This document shows, one piece after another, positions 1 to 12,484 of a stretch of 64,000 nt of DNA. The position numbers and the translations under genes are program-made. The notes under the pieces are model-generated. The model saw nothing but the letters and a program-made list of their open reading frames with translations, was not told the DNA's origin and did no database searches. The stretch is from Takakia lepidozioides (Eukaryota; Plantae; Bryophyta). The first letter of the stretch is position 1. Every line of letters begins with the position of its first letter. Location of the stretch: NCBI GenBank assembly GCA_030704615.1, contig CM060732.1, forward strand, positions 61,318,001 to 61,382,000, read 5' to 3'.

Positions 1-26
1 GCCTCCTTCATCTGCATAGACAATCT

Positions 27-2543
27 TTACAGCTCAGCATGGATTTGCTCGATTGGTGGATGCGATTTGTCATCTGCAAAAAACGTATGTCCGTTGTAGT
101 TCACCTCAATACAGCTGCGACCAGGCTCCATTCCGACCCCCCTGTCCATCATTTTCCTCACTTTTACAGTAAGATCCCGCCTGCCAGCCACAGCATAGAT
201 GTTCGATAGTAGCACATAAGTTGCAGCATCATGTGGATCCCACCTGAGAATGTGTTTTGCTGCACGCTCTGCCACTTTCACATTGCCATGAATTCTGCAA
301 GCAGCAAGCAAGGCCCCCCATACTGCAAGAGCTGGTTCGAATGGCATTTTGTTAATGAGCTCCTCAGCTTCATCCACTCGCCCTGCACGGCCAAAGAGGT
401 CCACCATGCAGCCAAAATGCTCTACTGTAGGAGCGAGGAAATTGTCTTGACTCATGGAATCAAAGTAGTGATTGCCTTCATCCACTAGGCCTGTATGACT
501 ACATGCAGAGAGAACACATGTAAAGGTGACACTGTTTGGCATCAATCCTTCCTGTTGCATGTATTCAAATAGTTGCAGGGCCTCTCTACCACACCCATGC
601 TGAGCATATCCTGCAATTATTGCATTCCATGATACCACATCTCTTTCAGCCATACTGTCAAATACTAGATGCGCATCCTCTACACTACCACATTTGGCAT
701 ACATGTCCATAATGGTATTCTCAAGAGCGATATCCGGCATGATTTGAGATTTGATGATAGCAGCATGGACATCTTTGCCCTTTTCCAGTGCTGCAAGGTT
801 GGCACACGCATTGAGAATGGAAATGAATGTAACTTTGTCCGGCATCATCCTTTCCTGTATCATTTGCTTGTAGATATTGAAGGCCTCCACACCACACCCA
901 TGGTGAGCATATCCTGCAATCATCGCATTCCATGCGACCACATCTCGCTCAGCCATGTTGTCAAACACTTCGCGGGCATCCTTCACGCTCCCACATTTGG
1001 GATACATGTGGACAAGGGTAGTCTCAAGAATGACATCTGGCACAAGCCCAGCTTTGATGATGTCGGCATGGATCTCTTTGCCCTTTTCCAGAGCTGCAAG
1101 GCCGGCACAGGCATTGAGAACGCAAATGAACGTGACCTTGTCGGGTGTAATCCCTTCCCGTATCAATTGCTTATACATCTCCAAAGCCTCCATACTGTAC
1201 CCATGCTGAGCATATCCTGCTATCATGGCACTCCATGACACCACATTCCGTTTAGCAATATTGTTGAACACTTTACACGCAGCTTTGATGCTCCCACATT
1301 TGACATACATGTCAATTAAGGTATTCTCCACAACGATATTTGGCAAACTCCCAGCTTTGATGATGGCCGTGTGGACCTCTATGCCCTTTTCCAGGGCTGC
1401 CAGGCCTGCACACGCCTTGAGAACACTAATAAAAGTTACCGCATTGGGTGTCACCCCTTCCCCTGTCATTTGGTCATACATCTCTAGACCCTCCTTACAA
1501 CATCCATGCTGGGCATATCCTGCAATTAATGCACTCCATGAGACCACATTATGTTGAGCCATATTGTTGAACACCCGACGCGCCTCCTTTAAAATCCCGC
1601 ATTTAGCGTACATGTTCACAATGGCAGTCCCTAGAATTATATCTAGCACAATTCCAGCTTTGTCAATGTCATTGTGGACCCCTCTGCCCCGCTCCTGGTA
1701 TGCCGGGCTGGCACACGCATTGAGAACAGAAATAAATGTGACCCTGTTGGCAGTCACCCCTTCTCGTGCCATCTGGTCATAGACCTCCAAAGCCTCCTTG
1801 TCACACCCATTCTGAGCATATCCTGTGATCATTGCGTTCCATGAGACTACATTTCGCTGACTCATGTTATCAAATACTTGCCTCGCATCTTTTATGCCAC
1901 TGCATTTGGCATACATAGCAACAAGGGCTGTATCCAGAATAACATGTGATGGAAGTCCAGCTATGATTATATCAGCATGTATCATTTTACCTCTTTCCAG
2001 GGATCCCAGGCTCGCACAGGCATTGAGAACACAAGTGAATGTGACAGTGTCGGGCGTCACCGCTTTCAGCTGCATTTGCTCATAGATCTCCAACGCCTCC
2101 CTACCACAGCCATGTTTGGCATAGCCTGCCATCATTGTATTCCATGTAAATATATCTCGTTCAGGCATCTTGTCAAACACTTGGTGTGCATCGCTCACAC
2201 TGCCACACTTGGCATACATGTTGACAAGGGTATTGAGGAGAAGGATATTTGGCTTGAATCCACTTAGGATAATGTGGGAGTGCACCTGCTTTCCCTCTGC
2301 TAGGCATTTCCTCTTGATGCACTCCTGCAAGAGACAGACATATGTATCGAGGTCCGCACAAACGCCTCCTTGATTCAAGATGTGTGGCGCCTCTTTCAGT
2401 CGTCCTAACTTACATAGTGTTCTCACATTCCCACTAGTGCCAGAATAGTTCCTATTAACTCCCGCTCCTAGTCCTCTTTCAAAAGCAGTGGTCACCGCGG
2501 TGATGCCTGATTTGAACAAACATGCCTGATTCAACCCTGCCAT
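27..2543 (-). CDS. PLS-class pentatricopeptide repeat protein with E1/E2 and partial E+ domain (organellar RNA-editing specificity factor type); ends at a probable premature stop
   Basis: Intronless ORF with about 6 P-L-S triplets (NVVSWxAMIAGYAQHG / PDKVTFxxVLNACA / TxLVxMYAKCG), E domain (WGALLAACRIHG...YVLLSNIYA) and PG-box (EPGRSCIEV). First ATG is at 2543; the ORF track start at 2564 is GTG. An upstream exon cannot be excluded. Confidence 0.93.
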   Translation of the reverse strand: MAGLNQACLFKSGITAVTTAFERGLGAGVNRNYSGTSGNVRTLCKLGRLKEAPHILNQGGVCADLDTYVCLLQECIKRKCLAEGKQVHSHIILSGFKPNILLLNTLVNMYAKCGSVSDAHQVFDKMPERDIFTWNTMMAGYAKHGCGREALEIYEQMQLKAVTPDTVTFTCVLNACASLGSLERGKMIHADIIIAGLPSHVILDTALVAMYAKCSGIKDARQVFDNMSQRNVVSWNAMITGYAQNGCDKEALEVYDQMAREGVTANRVTFISVLNACASPAYQERGRGVHNDIDKAGIVLDIILGTAIVNMYAKCGILKEARRVFNNMAQHNVVSWSALIAGYAQHGCCKEGLEMYDQMTGEGVTPNAVTFISVLKACAGLAALEKGIEVHTAIIKAGSLPNIVVENTLIDMYVKCGSIKAACKVFNNIAKRNVVSWSAMIAGYAQHGYSMEALEMYKQLIREGITPDKVTFICVLNACAGLAALEKGKEIHADIIKAGLVPDVILETTLVHMYPKCGSVKDAREVFDNMAERDVVAWNAMIAGYAHHGCGVEAFNIYKQMIQERMMPDKVTFISILNACANLAALEKGKDVHAAIIKSQIMPDIALENTIMDMYAKCGSVEDAHLVFDSMAERDVVSWNAIIAGYAQHGCGREALQLFEYMQQEGLMPNSVTFTCVLSACSHTGLVDEGNHYFDSMSQDNFLAPTVEHFGCMVDLFGRAGRVDEAEELINKMPFEPALAVWGALLAACRIHGNVKVAERAAKHILRWDPHDAATYVLLSNIYAVAGRRDLTVKVRKMMDRGVGMEPGRSCIEVNYNGHTFFADDKSHPPIEQIHAEL

Positions 2544-4865
2544 CCTGCATGAGTCAGATCCCACATGAGGACAGGGTTTTGTAATTGGTTACCATTCCAC
2601 AACACAGTATGGAGTTCACTAGCAACACATACACCCACTACGACACCAGCTAAGATAAAATTACAGTTCTGTAATGCATTAACTCCCAGGACCCACTTCT
2701 GACCACAGTGATTCCTTTCACACTGACAAAAAAAATCTCCATGTCAAACAACATCCTATGTAACCCATCAGCACAGAACTTCCTGCTCCATTCCTAAGGG
2801 AAGAGAAGTCACTATCCCTCATTCAAAAAAGAAAGAAATCTGCTCCTTGAGATATGCGATGGGTGGCCCACTGTTTCTGTTTGTGAACTTCAAAATGACC
2901 GTACCAAGCAAACACCTCATGCAACCAAGATAGAAAAATCAAAACTCCATGAGACTGCATCTTTATAAGAGGAGGACTTACTGGGAGTGTCCCCTAGCTG
3001 CTTCCAGCTTTACCAATTGAATTTTTACGCATGTGGGCTTCTTGGAGCTGTGAGTCCACAGTGCCTCATTAGTACTGCTGTGCTGTCCACAGGGATTGAT
3101 CTGCACCCACGGTCCATTCATTGCTCCTTCAGCTAACAACCATCCACAACTAAAATTGCATAAATCCACCCATTCAGTGCAAGTAGCTGCAATTACAACA
3201 GTCAATTTGCATAGCAAATACCCTGCCTCTCCTACTCCCCACAGCACTAGACTAAGAGTGTCCTCATGTAAGGGCTGGCATTGACATCATATCACAATGC
3301 ACAACAGTCATATAGCACTGCTACATTAGTCCTCCGCCTTACAGATGACGTGGCCATGGTGCAGTGCTGTAACATAAATTCGGTCCGATTTCTTCATATG
3401 GACCCTGCATTCTCAAGCAGAGTATCCCACGTTTCAAACTCCAACCTACCACCCCAAGCTGCTCCTTCTGATTGCCTAGCAGCTGCATATTTCATTACAA
3501 CTCACTATCCTTCTAAGACAACGCAAGTTGAATCGTCCCCCATACATCCCCAATCCCTACCCATACTGAATTTTTCCAAAACCATGGAACCTTGCTAGTG
3601 ACCACTGTAAACAACCACAGTCAACAATGAAAACGAGGGAGTTAAAATATTCTTCTGACACAGAAAAAGCTATTCTGCTCCTTTTTCATGACTTACATAA
3701 AGGAAAGGAAAGGAAATTTAGTAAGAGAGAATCAGACTACCTACGGTACACACTTTGACTGTGCCCAGTAGCCGGAGTCTTCTCTCTCTCCCTGGAGGTG
3801 CCTGCAGTCCAAGGTGAGGTGTTCCATAATCCACAAAGGTGGTTGGAATAACAGTAGCCTTGAGTCACTATCCTTGAAATTTCTTGCTGAGCTAACCTCC
3901 AGCATGGCCAAGAAGCAGGGCAGGCTCTAGCTATCGGTAGAGCTACGACTTCTCCCACCCACAGGCAACCTAGACCATTAATCATGGTAGCTCACCCTAT
4001 TTAATGCTTGGCAAAATGATAACATAGATTTTCTGCAAATTTTCGGCATCAGAAGTGCTCTGGTCAATTTGCCCCTCGTGAGTAAACGTGCAGGACACAC
4101 CCCCTCACATTATTCTGCGATGTGGAATTCAAGAATGCTTTATATAAGTTACTGACCTTTTCGCAAGCAAGTTACGCCAAGGTACTGAACAGTACACACA
4201 TCTGCTGTGTCCAGCAAACCTGGATCGAACCCTGGATATTGCATGCGCCACAAATGTAACCAGGACACTGTCTAAAATCTCAGCATCTCCTCGAGATAAA
4301 CCATAACCGAGAGGCTCACTGTCAAAACTATGAGTGTAATATTACATAGTAGAAGATAAGTACACGGACAAGATTCGAACGTCTACTAAGAGAAAACATT
4401 TTCACAGAAAGCGAGCGTTTGGTACATCCAACAGAGGCTGCACGCAAGAGACGGATCGCCAATGTGAACACATAGCGAAAGTGAATAAGGAAAAACGGAA
4501 AGCATACCTCAGAAGTAGACAAAGTGAACCGATGGTCAGATTGTGCGGGCTGGAAGCATGCTGGATTTCTAGATACCCCAGAAGCTCCACCATAGCCCAC
4601 TCTTCACACTCTCCGCAGCCGCACTTCACCGGTATCTGCATTTCTTCCCAAAAACTCCAGTGCTTCCGCATGCTGAAGTGTTTATAGAAGGTCTAAAATT
4701 TTAAAGGATCATACACCAATCTGATCTTCTCTCTCCACAGCTTGAATCCCAAGCTTCTAAGCAGCAGTGCATCGCACTTCCATCATCTTTCCAAGTAACC
4801 TCGCATGAGAGCACCAAGCACACTGCTCAAGAGCACAGCCCAGGGAAGAAGGAGAACCACCCGAA

Positions 4866-4937
4866 CAAGGTAGCAGGATTCGAACACAGAACCACCTGGG
4901 TGGCACACAGTGCACTATCCAACTGAGCTAACCCTCT
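4866..4937 (-). mobile_element. Degenerate tRNA-derived element (SINE head or tRNA pseudogene, possibly Gly-GCC related)
   Basis: Minus strand reads GGGTTAGCTCAGTTGGATAGTGCACTGTGTGCCACCCAGGTGGTTCTGTGTTCGAATCCTGC. Pol III A box TAGCTCAGTTGG and B box GTTCGAATCC are at tRNA spacing; stems are imperfect. Confidence 0.6.
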
Positions 4938-5613
4938 GGTGGTGCAGCTTCATTTATACCTATATACCAGAGGTATTGAAAATTTTGGGAACTCATGATA
5001 TTATTGGACCCTCTCTGAAAAAAAAACAATAAAACATTATTGGACCACACACCAGACGTCTGTGCGAAACCGGCAAAAGTGAATACCAGACCAGACCGCC
5101 ACAGTAGTAATGGCTTAGGGTTCAAAGTTCAAGCACAAGCTATTGGCAACTTTGAAACAGGATGACATTTTGTTGGTGAGGGTAGATGAATGAATGACGG
5201 ATGAGAAATAGATGGACGCACGGCCGTTGGCGTGGGGGGCGCGACGGTTGTGTTGACCGACCAGCTTTCGTCGTCGTCCTGGCGCGGGTCTAGTCTAGGA
5301 TCTGCAGCTGTCGGAGCCTGCATATTTTGTGGCAGGATTGTGTGCAGGGTTTGCGGATCTGTATGCGCTGCCTGCTGCATTTCATGCACTCGGGTGGAAC
5401 TTGTACAAACACATCTATAACTGGAGTGATCTAGACACGTATATCTGTATATATATCAGGGCAATGAGACGATTTGTGCGGCTCATGTAGTACCTGACGA
5501 CATTTCGGAGAGTTATCAGACAGCCATAGAAGCTGAGTGATCGCACACGGACATGTAGAAGAGGGAAGGGGGAGAAGGAAGAGTGGAGCGTAGGGAGGGA
5601 GAGAGCGGGGGTT

Positions 5614-5621
5614 TATATAAA
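5614..5621 (+). promoter_or_regulatory. Candidate TATA box of the enolase gene
   Basis: TATATAAA about 70 bp upstream of the ATG at 5687, after a GA-rich tract. Confidence 0.35.
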
Positions 5622-5686
5622 GACCGCAGGTTAAAGAGACAGGGAACGCGCAGAGAGGAAATAGTTAGTTGAGGCACGAGGACAAA

Positions 5687-8600
5687 ATGTCGGTCCAAGA
5701 GTATTTGGAGAAGCACAAGCTGTCCCTGCGGATAGAGGACGCCGTCAATGCTGCAGTGCGGGCTAAGAGCCCTGATCCAGTCATTTTCATTGTATTCTCG
5801 CTTACTCTCTCTCTTGTTCATCTCTATTTGTCTCGATTTTCTTTGTTTTGTGGTTCTTGCTTAGTCATTCGGTGGGATGAAGTATAAAAGGGAAGGATTC
5901 CACTCTGCAGAAAGTTTTCAATGTTGAAGTTTTGATCAGATACTTAAATTACCCTGCAGACGCATCACTTTAGCAATATATTACTGACAGTTTTCGAGAG
6001 GGGGGAAGAGAAAGAGTACACGAGAGAAGTCGTTGGTTTGTAAGTTTTCACACCATGCTAGCGAAGAGAGTGGTGGGTGGTCTTAGTGACACGACATGAG
6101 TAGTTTCAGATTAAATGTCGGGTTGGGAGAGGGAGATACTCAAATGTCATCCCCACATTCTCGTATGGTCCAGTACTATGGAGAGAAAAGAATGAATATC
6201 AAAGACCTTGTATGAGATAGAGTGGTTGTGACATGAAATTGAAGAGGTTTCGGAAGCACTATATTGAGTGTTGTTTTGGGCAAACTCTTTATCAGCCTTG
6301 ATTTGAGATGTATCCATAAGAAGGTACTTTAATCAATTTTGTGAATTTTTGTGGTGACAAGGATGGAAATAAAAGCTTATGAAAGTGTGTCACCCTAATG
6401 GCTGACCTTTGCAGACCATTCTTGCTGGTAGATGTAAATGAAAATTAGATACAAAGTCTGAGGAGTAAAGGAAAGTTTATTTGCCATTGAGGCATTGTAG
6501 TCCATGAAAATATGGCTCTCAAGAACTCTCTTGCATTTGTGCAGGCCGACCAGCTAAGAAAGTCAGTCCCAGGAGTTATCACTAAGGTGAAGGCTCGTCA
6601 AATTGTAGATAGTCGCGGCAATCCCACAGTGGAGGTGGATCTTTATACCTCCAAGGGCATGTTCCGGTCTGCGGTTCCCAGCGGGGCTTCTACTGGAGTG
6701 TATGTGTTCACCCTTGCCCATTGTCAATTAGGTCACTCCCAACAAAAAGATTACAGTTTTGTTGCAGGCTGTTGATTTCGTACATGATATGCTAGTAGCC
6801 ACATTGGGTCTGTAACTTCTCTCTTTCTCCCTCCAAGTGGGTGCAGTGTTGTTATACAAGGTTTAGTCACGTAAACAAGTTGAGTTTGACACAACCCTGA
6901 GCAAATGATCAGTTAGATGAAGGGCTGGATGACTTGGTTGCAATGAGTCTTGGACAAATATTGCAAGGGAGCTGTCCATCTTGTGACCACACTCCTTCCT
7001 CCTTTGTTCCTTGCAGGCATGAGGCAGTGGAGCTGCGTGATGGAGATAAAACAAAATACTTGGGGAAAGGTGTTTTAAAGGCTGTAGGCAATGTCAATGA
7101 GAAGATTGCACCTGCTCTGTTGGGTATGGATCCAACACAGCAAGCCAAGATTGACAAACTTATGCTTGATCTGGACAAGACTGACAATAAGGTATGTGTG
7201 GGAGGGAGGGACGGAAGAGGGTTTATTTGCATAACCAGTCCATGAGAACTACCTTCTTGGTCGAAATTAAACCCATGAATTGCTCAAACACATACAGAAT
7301 ATACTGAGATTTAAAGGTAAAATGTAGTTTACAGCAACTACACATGGAGAAATGACTTGTCTGATTGGTTTCTGGATGGCAGGGAAATCTAGGTGCAAAT
7401 GCCATCCTGGCTGTGTCAATGGCAGTCTGTAAAGCTGGAGCTGCTGAAAAAGGGGTATGCTCTTTCTTGTCACCTCATTTCTGATTGTTAGATATCAGTG
7501 GCTATCCACATCATACTTACTGCATATTGTCATGGAGGGGAATTGCTCATTTTCCCCTCAAGAGACCCCTTGTGGAAGGCCATGGATCTGTCATGCTCGC
7601 CATTTCCAGCTCTGAGTGTGACTGCTGATCAAGCTGTGGATGCATGCAATTTATGTTGCTAATTACATTGCCTTCACTTTACGTGCTCGTTTATACTTGT
7701 CTTCCCATACTTCTATCAGTGCCAGGTTTGAGTACTGCTGGTACAGTCATTTGTCTGAAAGTGTGAGAAATGGCTGCAGGTGCCACTTTATCAGCACATA
7801 GCAGACCTGTCAGGAAATCCAAAGCTAGTGCTGCCAGTGCCTGCATTTAACATTATCAATGGTGGTAGCCATGCAGGCAACAAGCTCGCCATGCAGGTCC
7901 TTAACCTCTCTGGCTTTCTCTCCTCTTTCACATCCTTTCAAGGTTCCAGTTCTACCAAACAATTGTTTGCCATATTTTGTGGTCCTTGAATGATGGACTT
8001 AAAAGGAGGGAGGAGATGATGATGGAAAAGGAGAAATGCAAGTCTTTCTTATTCACTCCTTGGCAGAGTCATTGAATTGGGCCTTACCCATGACTAATTA
8101 AATTTGCAGGAGTTTATGATTTTACCAACGGGGGCCGCCACCTTCTCTGAGGCTTTGCGGATGGGTGCTGAGACTTATCACCACCTAAAGGTTCCTCCTG
8201 TTCCACTTATCTCCCCTAGGGTGTCAACGCAGGTAGCTAAGACTAGTCTTACGTTCCCCCCTTGCCACAAGTTCCACCCACCCCTTTCTTTATCCCTCTA
8301 TCACACTCAAGAAGATGAACCGTTTCTGAAGAACTTTCATTCTGAGTTTTATATCTCTGGTGGCTCGAAACCACACCCACTTCCAGAGGATGTATACCCT
8401 GCAGGGACCAGGCCATTGAGGATACATCATAGCATTTATCCACAGGCAATTGGCAATGATTACTTCTCTTGATTCTACTTGTGGCGGTGGCTTTGCAGTC
8501 AGTGATCAAGGAGAAGTATGGCATTGATGCGTGCAATGTGGGTGATGAAGGTGGCTTTGCCCCTAACATCTCCAGGCAAGAGGTCTCTGTCATACTTGTT

Positions 8601-11600
8601 TGTTCTCTTTCCAGCTCTTTCTGTGGGACCCTCCTCTCTTATCCTCTTCAGGTATGGGAATCCTGAATATTGCAAACACAAGCAATTACTGGGAGTCATC
8701 TGATGGCTTTTGTTTTGTTGCTGGATGGCAGTAATAAAGAGGGATTGGACCTCGTGAAAGTAGCAATAGAACGAGCTGGCTACACTGGCAAGATCAAGAT
8801 TGGCATGGATGTTGCCGCCAGTGAATTCTTCACTCGTATGACCACATCTCTTGGGGGAGGGGGCTCAATATCACATTACTCTGCTTAATGATGCACTTCA
8901 TCTCAACATTTGGGTTCTTTGATACCTTCTTTCAGTTCTCTGTTGTAGATTCAGTGTGTCCCGTAGGACCTTCGTGTTGACTATACGACAACATTTTACA
9001 GTTTTGATTTTTTTACAATCAGAAACGAGGGCTGATGAATTTCTGGGCTATATGAAAATCAATGGTACAGGATCTACAGATGTGGCCATCTCTTGCAGCA
9101 AAGAGATGTCAAGACAAAGAACAAAGTCAACCCAAAATGGGTGAAGCTTGAAATGCACTTGCCTAGGATCCTCCTTTCCTCTGTGTTAATCCACACACAA
9201 ATGGGGTAATGTAGTTGAAAATTGAGGAACATATCTTTGCTTAAGCAGAACAGGCACCTGCAGTCCAACACATCCAGCACACACTTTTTCCCTGATGGGT
9301 GGAAATCCAGTTTTGGGTTTGGTTTGCACTTCGTGATGTTTATGACTGAGGATTTATAGCAGTGATGTTCTTACTGTCGAAGCTCGTGTGTGCAGCTGAC
9401 AAGAGATATGACCTGGATTTCAAGACACCCAACAACTCAGGGAAAGAGGTTAAGAGTGGTGATGAGATGATTGAAATGTACAAGGATTTTTGTAAAGGTA
9501 CATCTGCTTCCATTCTTGAGAACATCATGCAAGCTTTCCATTCACTTTTCATGTGCACTGGATCTTGAAGACAAAGGTCTAAGACCAAAGTTGTGATTTC
9601 CCACCAGAAAGACGAAGACGGTCTACTCACAAGGTGGTTTAATGTGTGTAGACTATCCTATCATCTCAATTGAGGACCCGTTTGAGCAAGATGACTGGGT
9701 GCACACCAAAAAATTGACTGATTTAAATATTTGTCAGGTATGGTTTTGTTGTACTGGTTGCAGAGCAAACCTTACATTTATCTTTTTCTGCTGTAAAGAA
9801 GGCAAGGTGTGGTCAGGACTATTTGTTTACTTAAGAGACAAATGTTGAAGTGCCTTGGTCACTAAAGCATGCACCAGGAGAAAGCTATGGATATATAATA
9901 AAGAGAAAAGCCATGCCTGTAATATCCAGCTTAGTTCATTCCTTGAGTTGTACTCTTGATTCATACTTTGCTGGCATGTATACCTGGACAGATAGTAGGC
10001 GATGACATTCTTGTGACCAATCCCAAGCGTGTCGCAAAGGCCATCGCGGAGAAGACATGCAATGCCCTGCTTCTTAAGGTGCGGATGGTTCTCTTTTGGG
10101 GTGTTGAAGTTTTGTAGGGTATTGAAGGGAAACATCAGTCTCCCTCTTGAGCCTTGTGTAGTTCGTTGATTTCCGTGGTTCTTTTGTCTGTGGATATTCT
10201 TGTTATACATGCCTGGGGCCTTGGGCTTCCCTCAGATGTAATCTCTTACTTACTTTTTCTCTTGACACTATCTTGTGGAGTGTAAGTGCAACGAGATGTC
10301 TTCTATCACATCTTTCTAAGGTGAAGCACCAGAGCGGGCCATTAGAACATCCAGGCCAACGCTCAGCCCCATCCTTAATCTCCATAATGTGAATGTAATC
10401 AGCTATGGGCAAGCAGTATGCAGGGTAAGGGAGCAGTCATGAGTACATCTCTCTGTATGCCTAGGTTAATGGTAAGATGAGTCTCATGCATTCCATTTGA
10501 GAGAGGGATGTACTCATAAACTACCTTTGTGAGGGGCTCACTCCAGTAGTATGAACCTTGATACAAAAAATTAGTTTGGGCTTTCCAGATATCCTCTAGG
10601 AAGCCCTTCACACAAGCATCAATCTGCTGTGTGTGAGCAGCCCAAAAATGAGGCCCCAACAGGGCCAGGGCTTTAGGCTCAGCCTCAACATTTTGAAACT
10701 TCATTTGAGAGCATCCATGGGGCCGAGGGAGAGAGAATGTACTCATAAGACGTTGTTTGCCGTAGCCTTGTGGCCATTGACCGAGGGAGAGAGAGAAAGA
10801 TAGAGGAACTGACTTTACAATGCCAATGAGAGAGATAGGGGTACCATGAGCTAACAAAGTTGCCCAATAACGGCAACCAGCAGGATAACAGGGGATTGGG
10901 TATGGGCATGGGCTGGAGAGCAGGTGAATCAAATAGGGACAGTGACAGAGTCCATTGAAGCTGTGAACATGTCTAAGAAGGCTGGTTGGGGAGTTATGGC
11001 ATCTCATCGGAGCGGGGAGACTGAAGATTCCTTCATTGCTGACTTGTCGGTTGGTCTAGCCACTGGCCAGATCAAAACCGGGGCACCCTGCCGAAGTGAA
11101 CGCCTTGCTAAATACAACCAGGTATTTTCTTTATTTTCCTCTCACTGAACAAGTTGTATTGGAAGTCTACGTTCTCAGGCGAGTCATAGACATAGTTAGT
11201 GTCATCGTCCTATCAATCCTACTGTTTCTTGCAAGTGAAAGAGACTCCGCAATGATTCAAAAGGAGAAGAGCGACTCTGGGGTGCTTGTCTGTTGGATGT
11301 CCCTTAGTTAAGTCCCCATATAAGCTCGCCAACTTGAGGTTTTAGAAGCGTGGAACACCTTCAACTTATTTCTTTTTGAACATAGACCTCCAGCAGGAAT
11401 GCTTCTTCTACTGGTCTTGGCACCTCAGGATTTGAAGTAAATAGGGTTAGGAACTTCCTAGTGGTCAGCCTTGTTGCTCGGTTGGCTGCAAATAAACTCC
11501 ATCAAGGACCTATGCGGCCCTATCTCAGGATCCTGCTTTGTGTGACCTAAACACTTGGGTATATGTTGAACCCACAGTTCCTTCATTACCAAGGCAGGTT

Positions 11601-11836
11601 GGAGTGGATAATGTGAAGAACACATTTTAACCTGGAGAACTTTTGGCCACTCTCACTTCATATATTTTATGCCTTTCCCATTGCCATTACTATGCAATGG
11701 ATACTGTGTAATGGTAAAATGCCTGTTTTGTTCGCAGCTATTGAGGATCGAAGAGGAGCTTGGGGACAAAGCAGTGTATGCTGGGCTGAACTGGCGGCCC
11801 GCAATGGCTGCCGCCCCAGCTGCTCCTGGAAAGTAG
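5687..11836 (+). CDS. ENO3: Enolase, ENO3/ENOc type with N-terminal extension; 13 exons: 5687-5791, 6545-6699, 7017-7191, 7383-7454, 7780-7896, 8110-8190, 8499-8575, 8732-8835, 9396-9497, 9652-9737, 9992-10078, 10924-11121, 11738-11836
   Basis: Exons join in frame and give the enolase motifs [67 protein letters not shown] and [13 protein letters not shown]. The N-terminus [35 protein letters not shown] matches the plant cytosolic enolase 3 type. Intron 7 is GC-AG. Confidence 0.93.
10504..10701 (-). mobile_element. 5'-truncated copy of the (CT)n-associated LINE with an internal 3'-UTR deletion
   Basis: Encodes [35 protein letters not shown], matching the C-terminus of the 26.4-28.8 kb LINE. 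Flanked by direct repeat CATTTGAGAG (10494-10503 / 10702-10711). Confidence 0.85.
10737..10780 (-). mobile_element. 44-bp 3'-terminal mini-copy of the same LINE
   Basis: ATGTACTCATAAGACGTTGTTTGCCGTAGCCTTGTGGCCATTGA is nearly identical to the LINE terminus at 26391-26434. Flanked by a 14-bp direct repeat CCGAGGGAGAGAGA (10723-10736 / 10781-10794). Confidence 0.88.
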
Positions 11837-12354
11837 TCACATGGAGGTCAACTAGTAAGCAAGCAAGGGCACTTCAGCTCGATACAGCTGGCAAAGCTTT
11901 ACTTGTGGGAAGTTTTGTGTTTAACAGGAAATCGTGTAGGGGTTGTGGAACGTCTGGGTGCTTTTCACATTTGCAATTTCATGAGAATGGTAATAGCTCA
12001 TGGAGAAAAAATTGGTAATGTGGGGAATGGGATGGTCATTCGGCTAAATGTAACCGCCAGAGTCAGGGGGAACAGCAGAGATGAATACTTTTTTATCCTG
12101 CAAAACTGGCAGTAGACTCTCTGAAAGTACCTGCTCTTGTATTTGTAAGGTTCTGTTTCCAGTGTCATGAACTTTGGAACAAAAAAAGTAGGCCAGTTAA
12201 GACGGGTCCTTCAGAAGTAAAATGGGAACATTGTTCCTAGTTTGTGTGGTCTTCCACACGCAATTGGAATTTGGAGCATTGAAGTCAACTAGACCTGTTG
12301 AGAACATCTCCAGTTCACTGCACAAGTGCATATCCTGAATTAACCTCATCTTAT

Positions 12355-12484
12355 ATTGTCTTCTCTTCTCTTCCGTTCTCTTGTCTTGTCTTGTCTTCTC
12401 TTCCCTTCTCTTCTCTTCTCTTTACTTCTCTTCTCTTCTCTTCTCTTCTATTCTCTTCTCTTCCCTTCTCTTCTCTTTTCTCTC
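12355..12484 (+). repeat. (CTTCT)n pentanucleotide microsatellite
   Basis: Imperfect CTTCT/CTTGT run of about 25 units. Confidence 0.9.

Noticed and set aside
27-29. TAA repaired to CAA by U-to-C RNA editing
   Set aside because: U-to-C editing in non-seed plants is established for organellar transcripts, not nuclear mRNA; nothing here supports it.
231-2373. Plus-strand ORFs overlapping the PPR gene
   Set aside because: Antisense shadows of the repetitive PPR frame.
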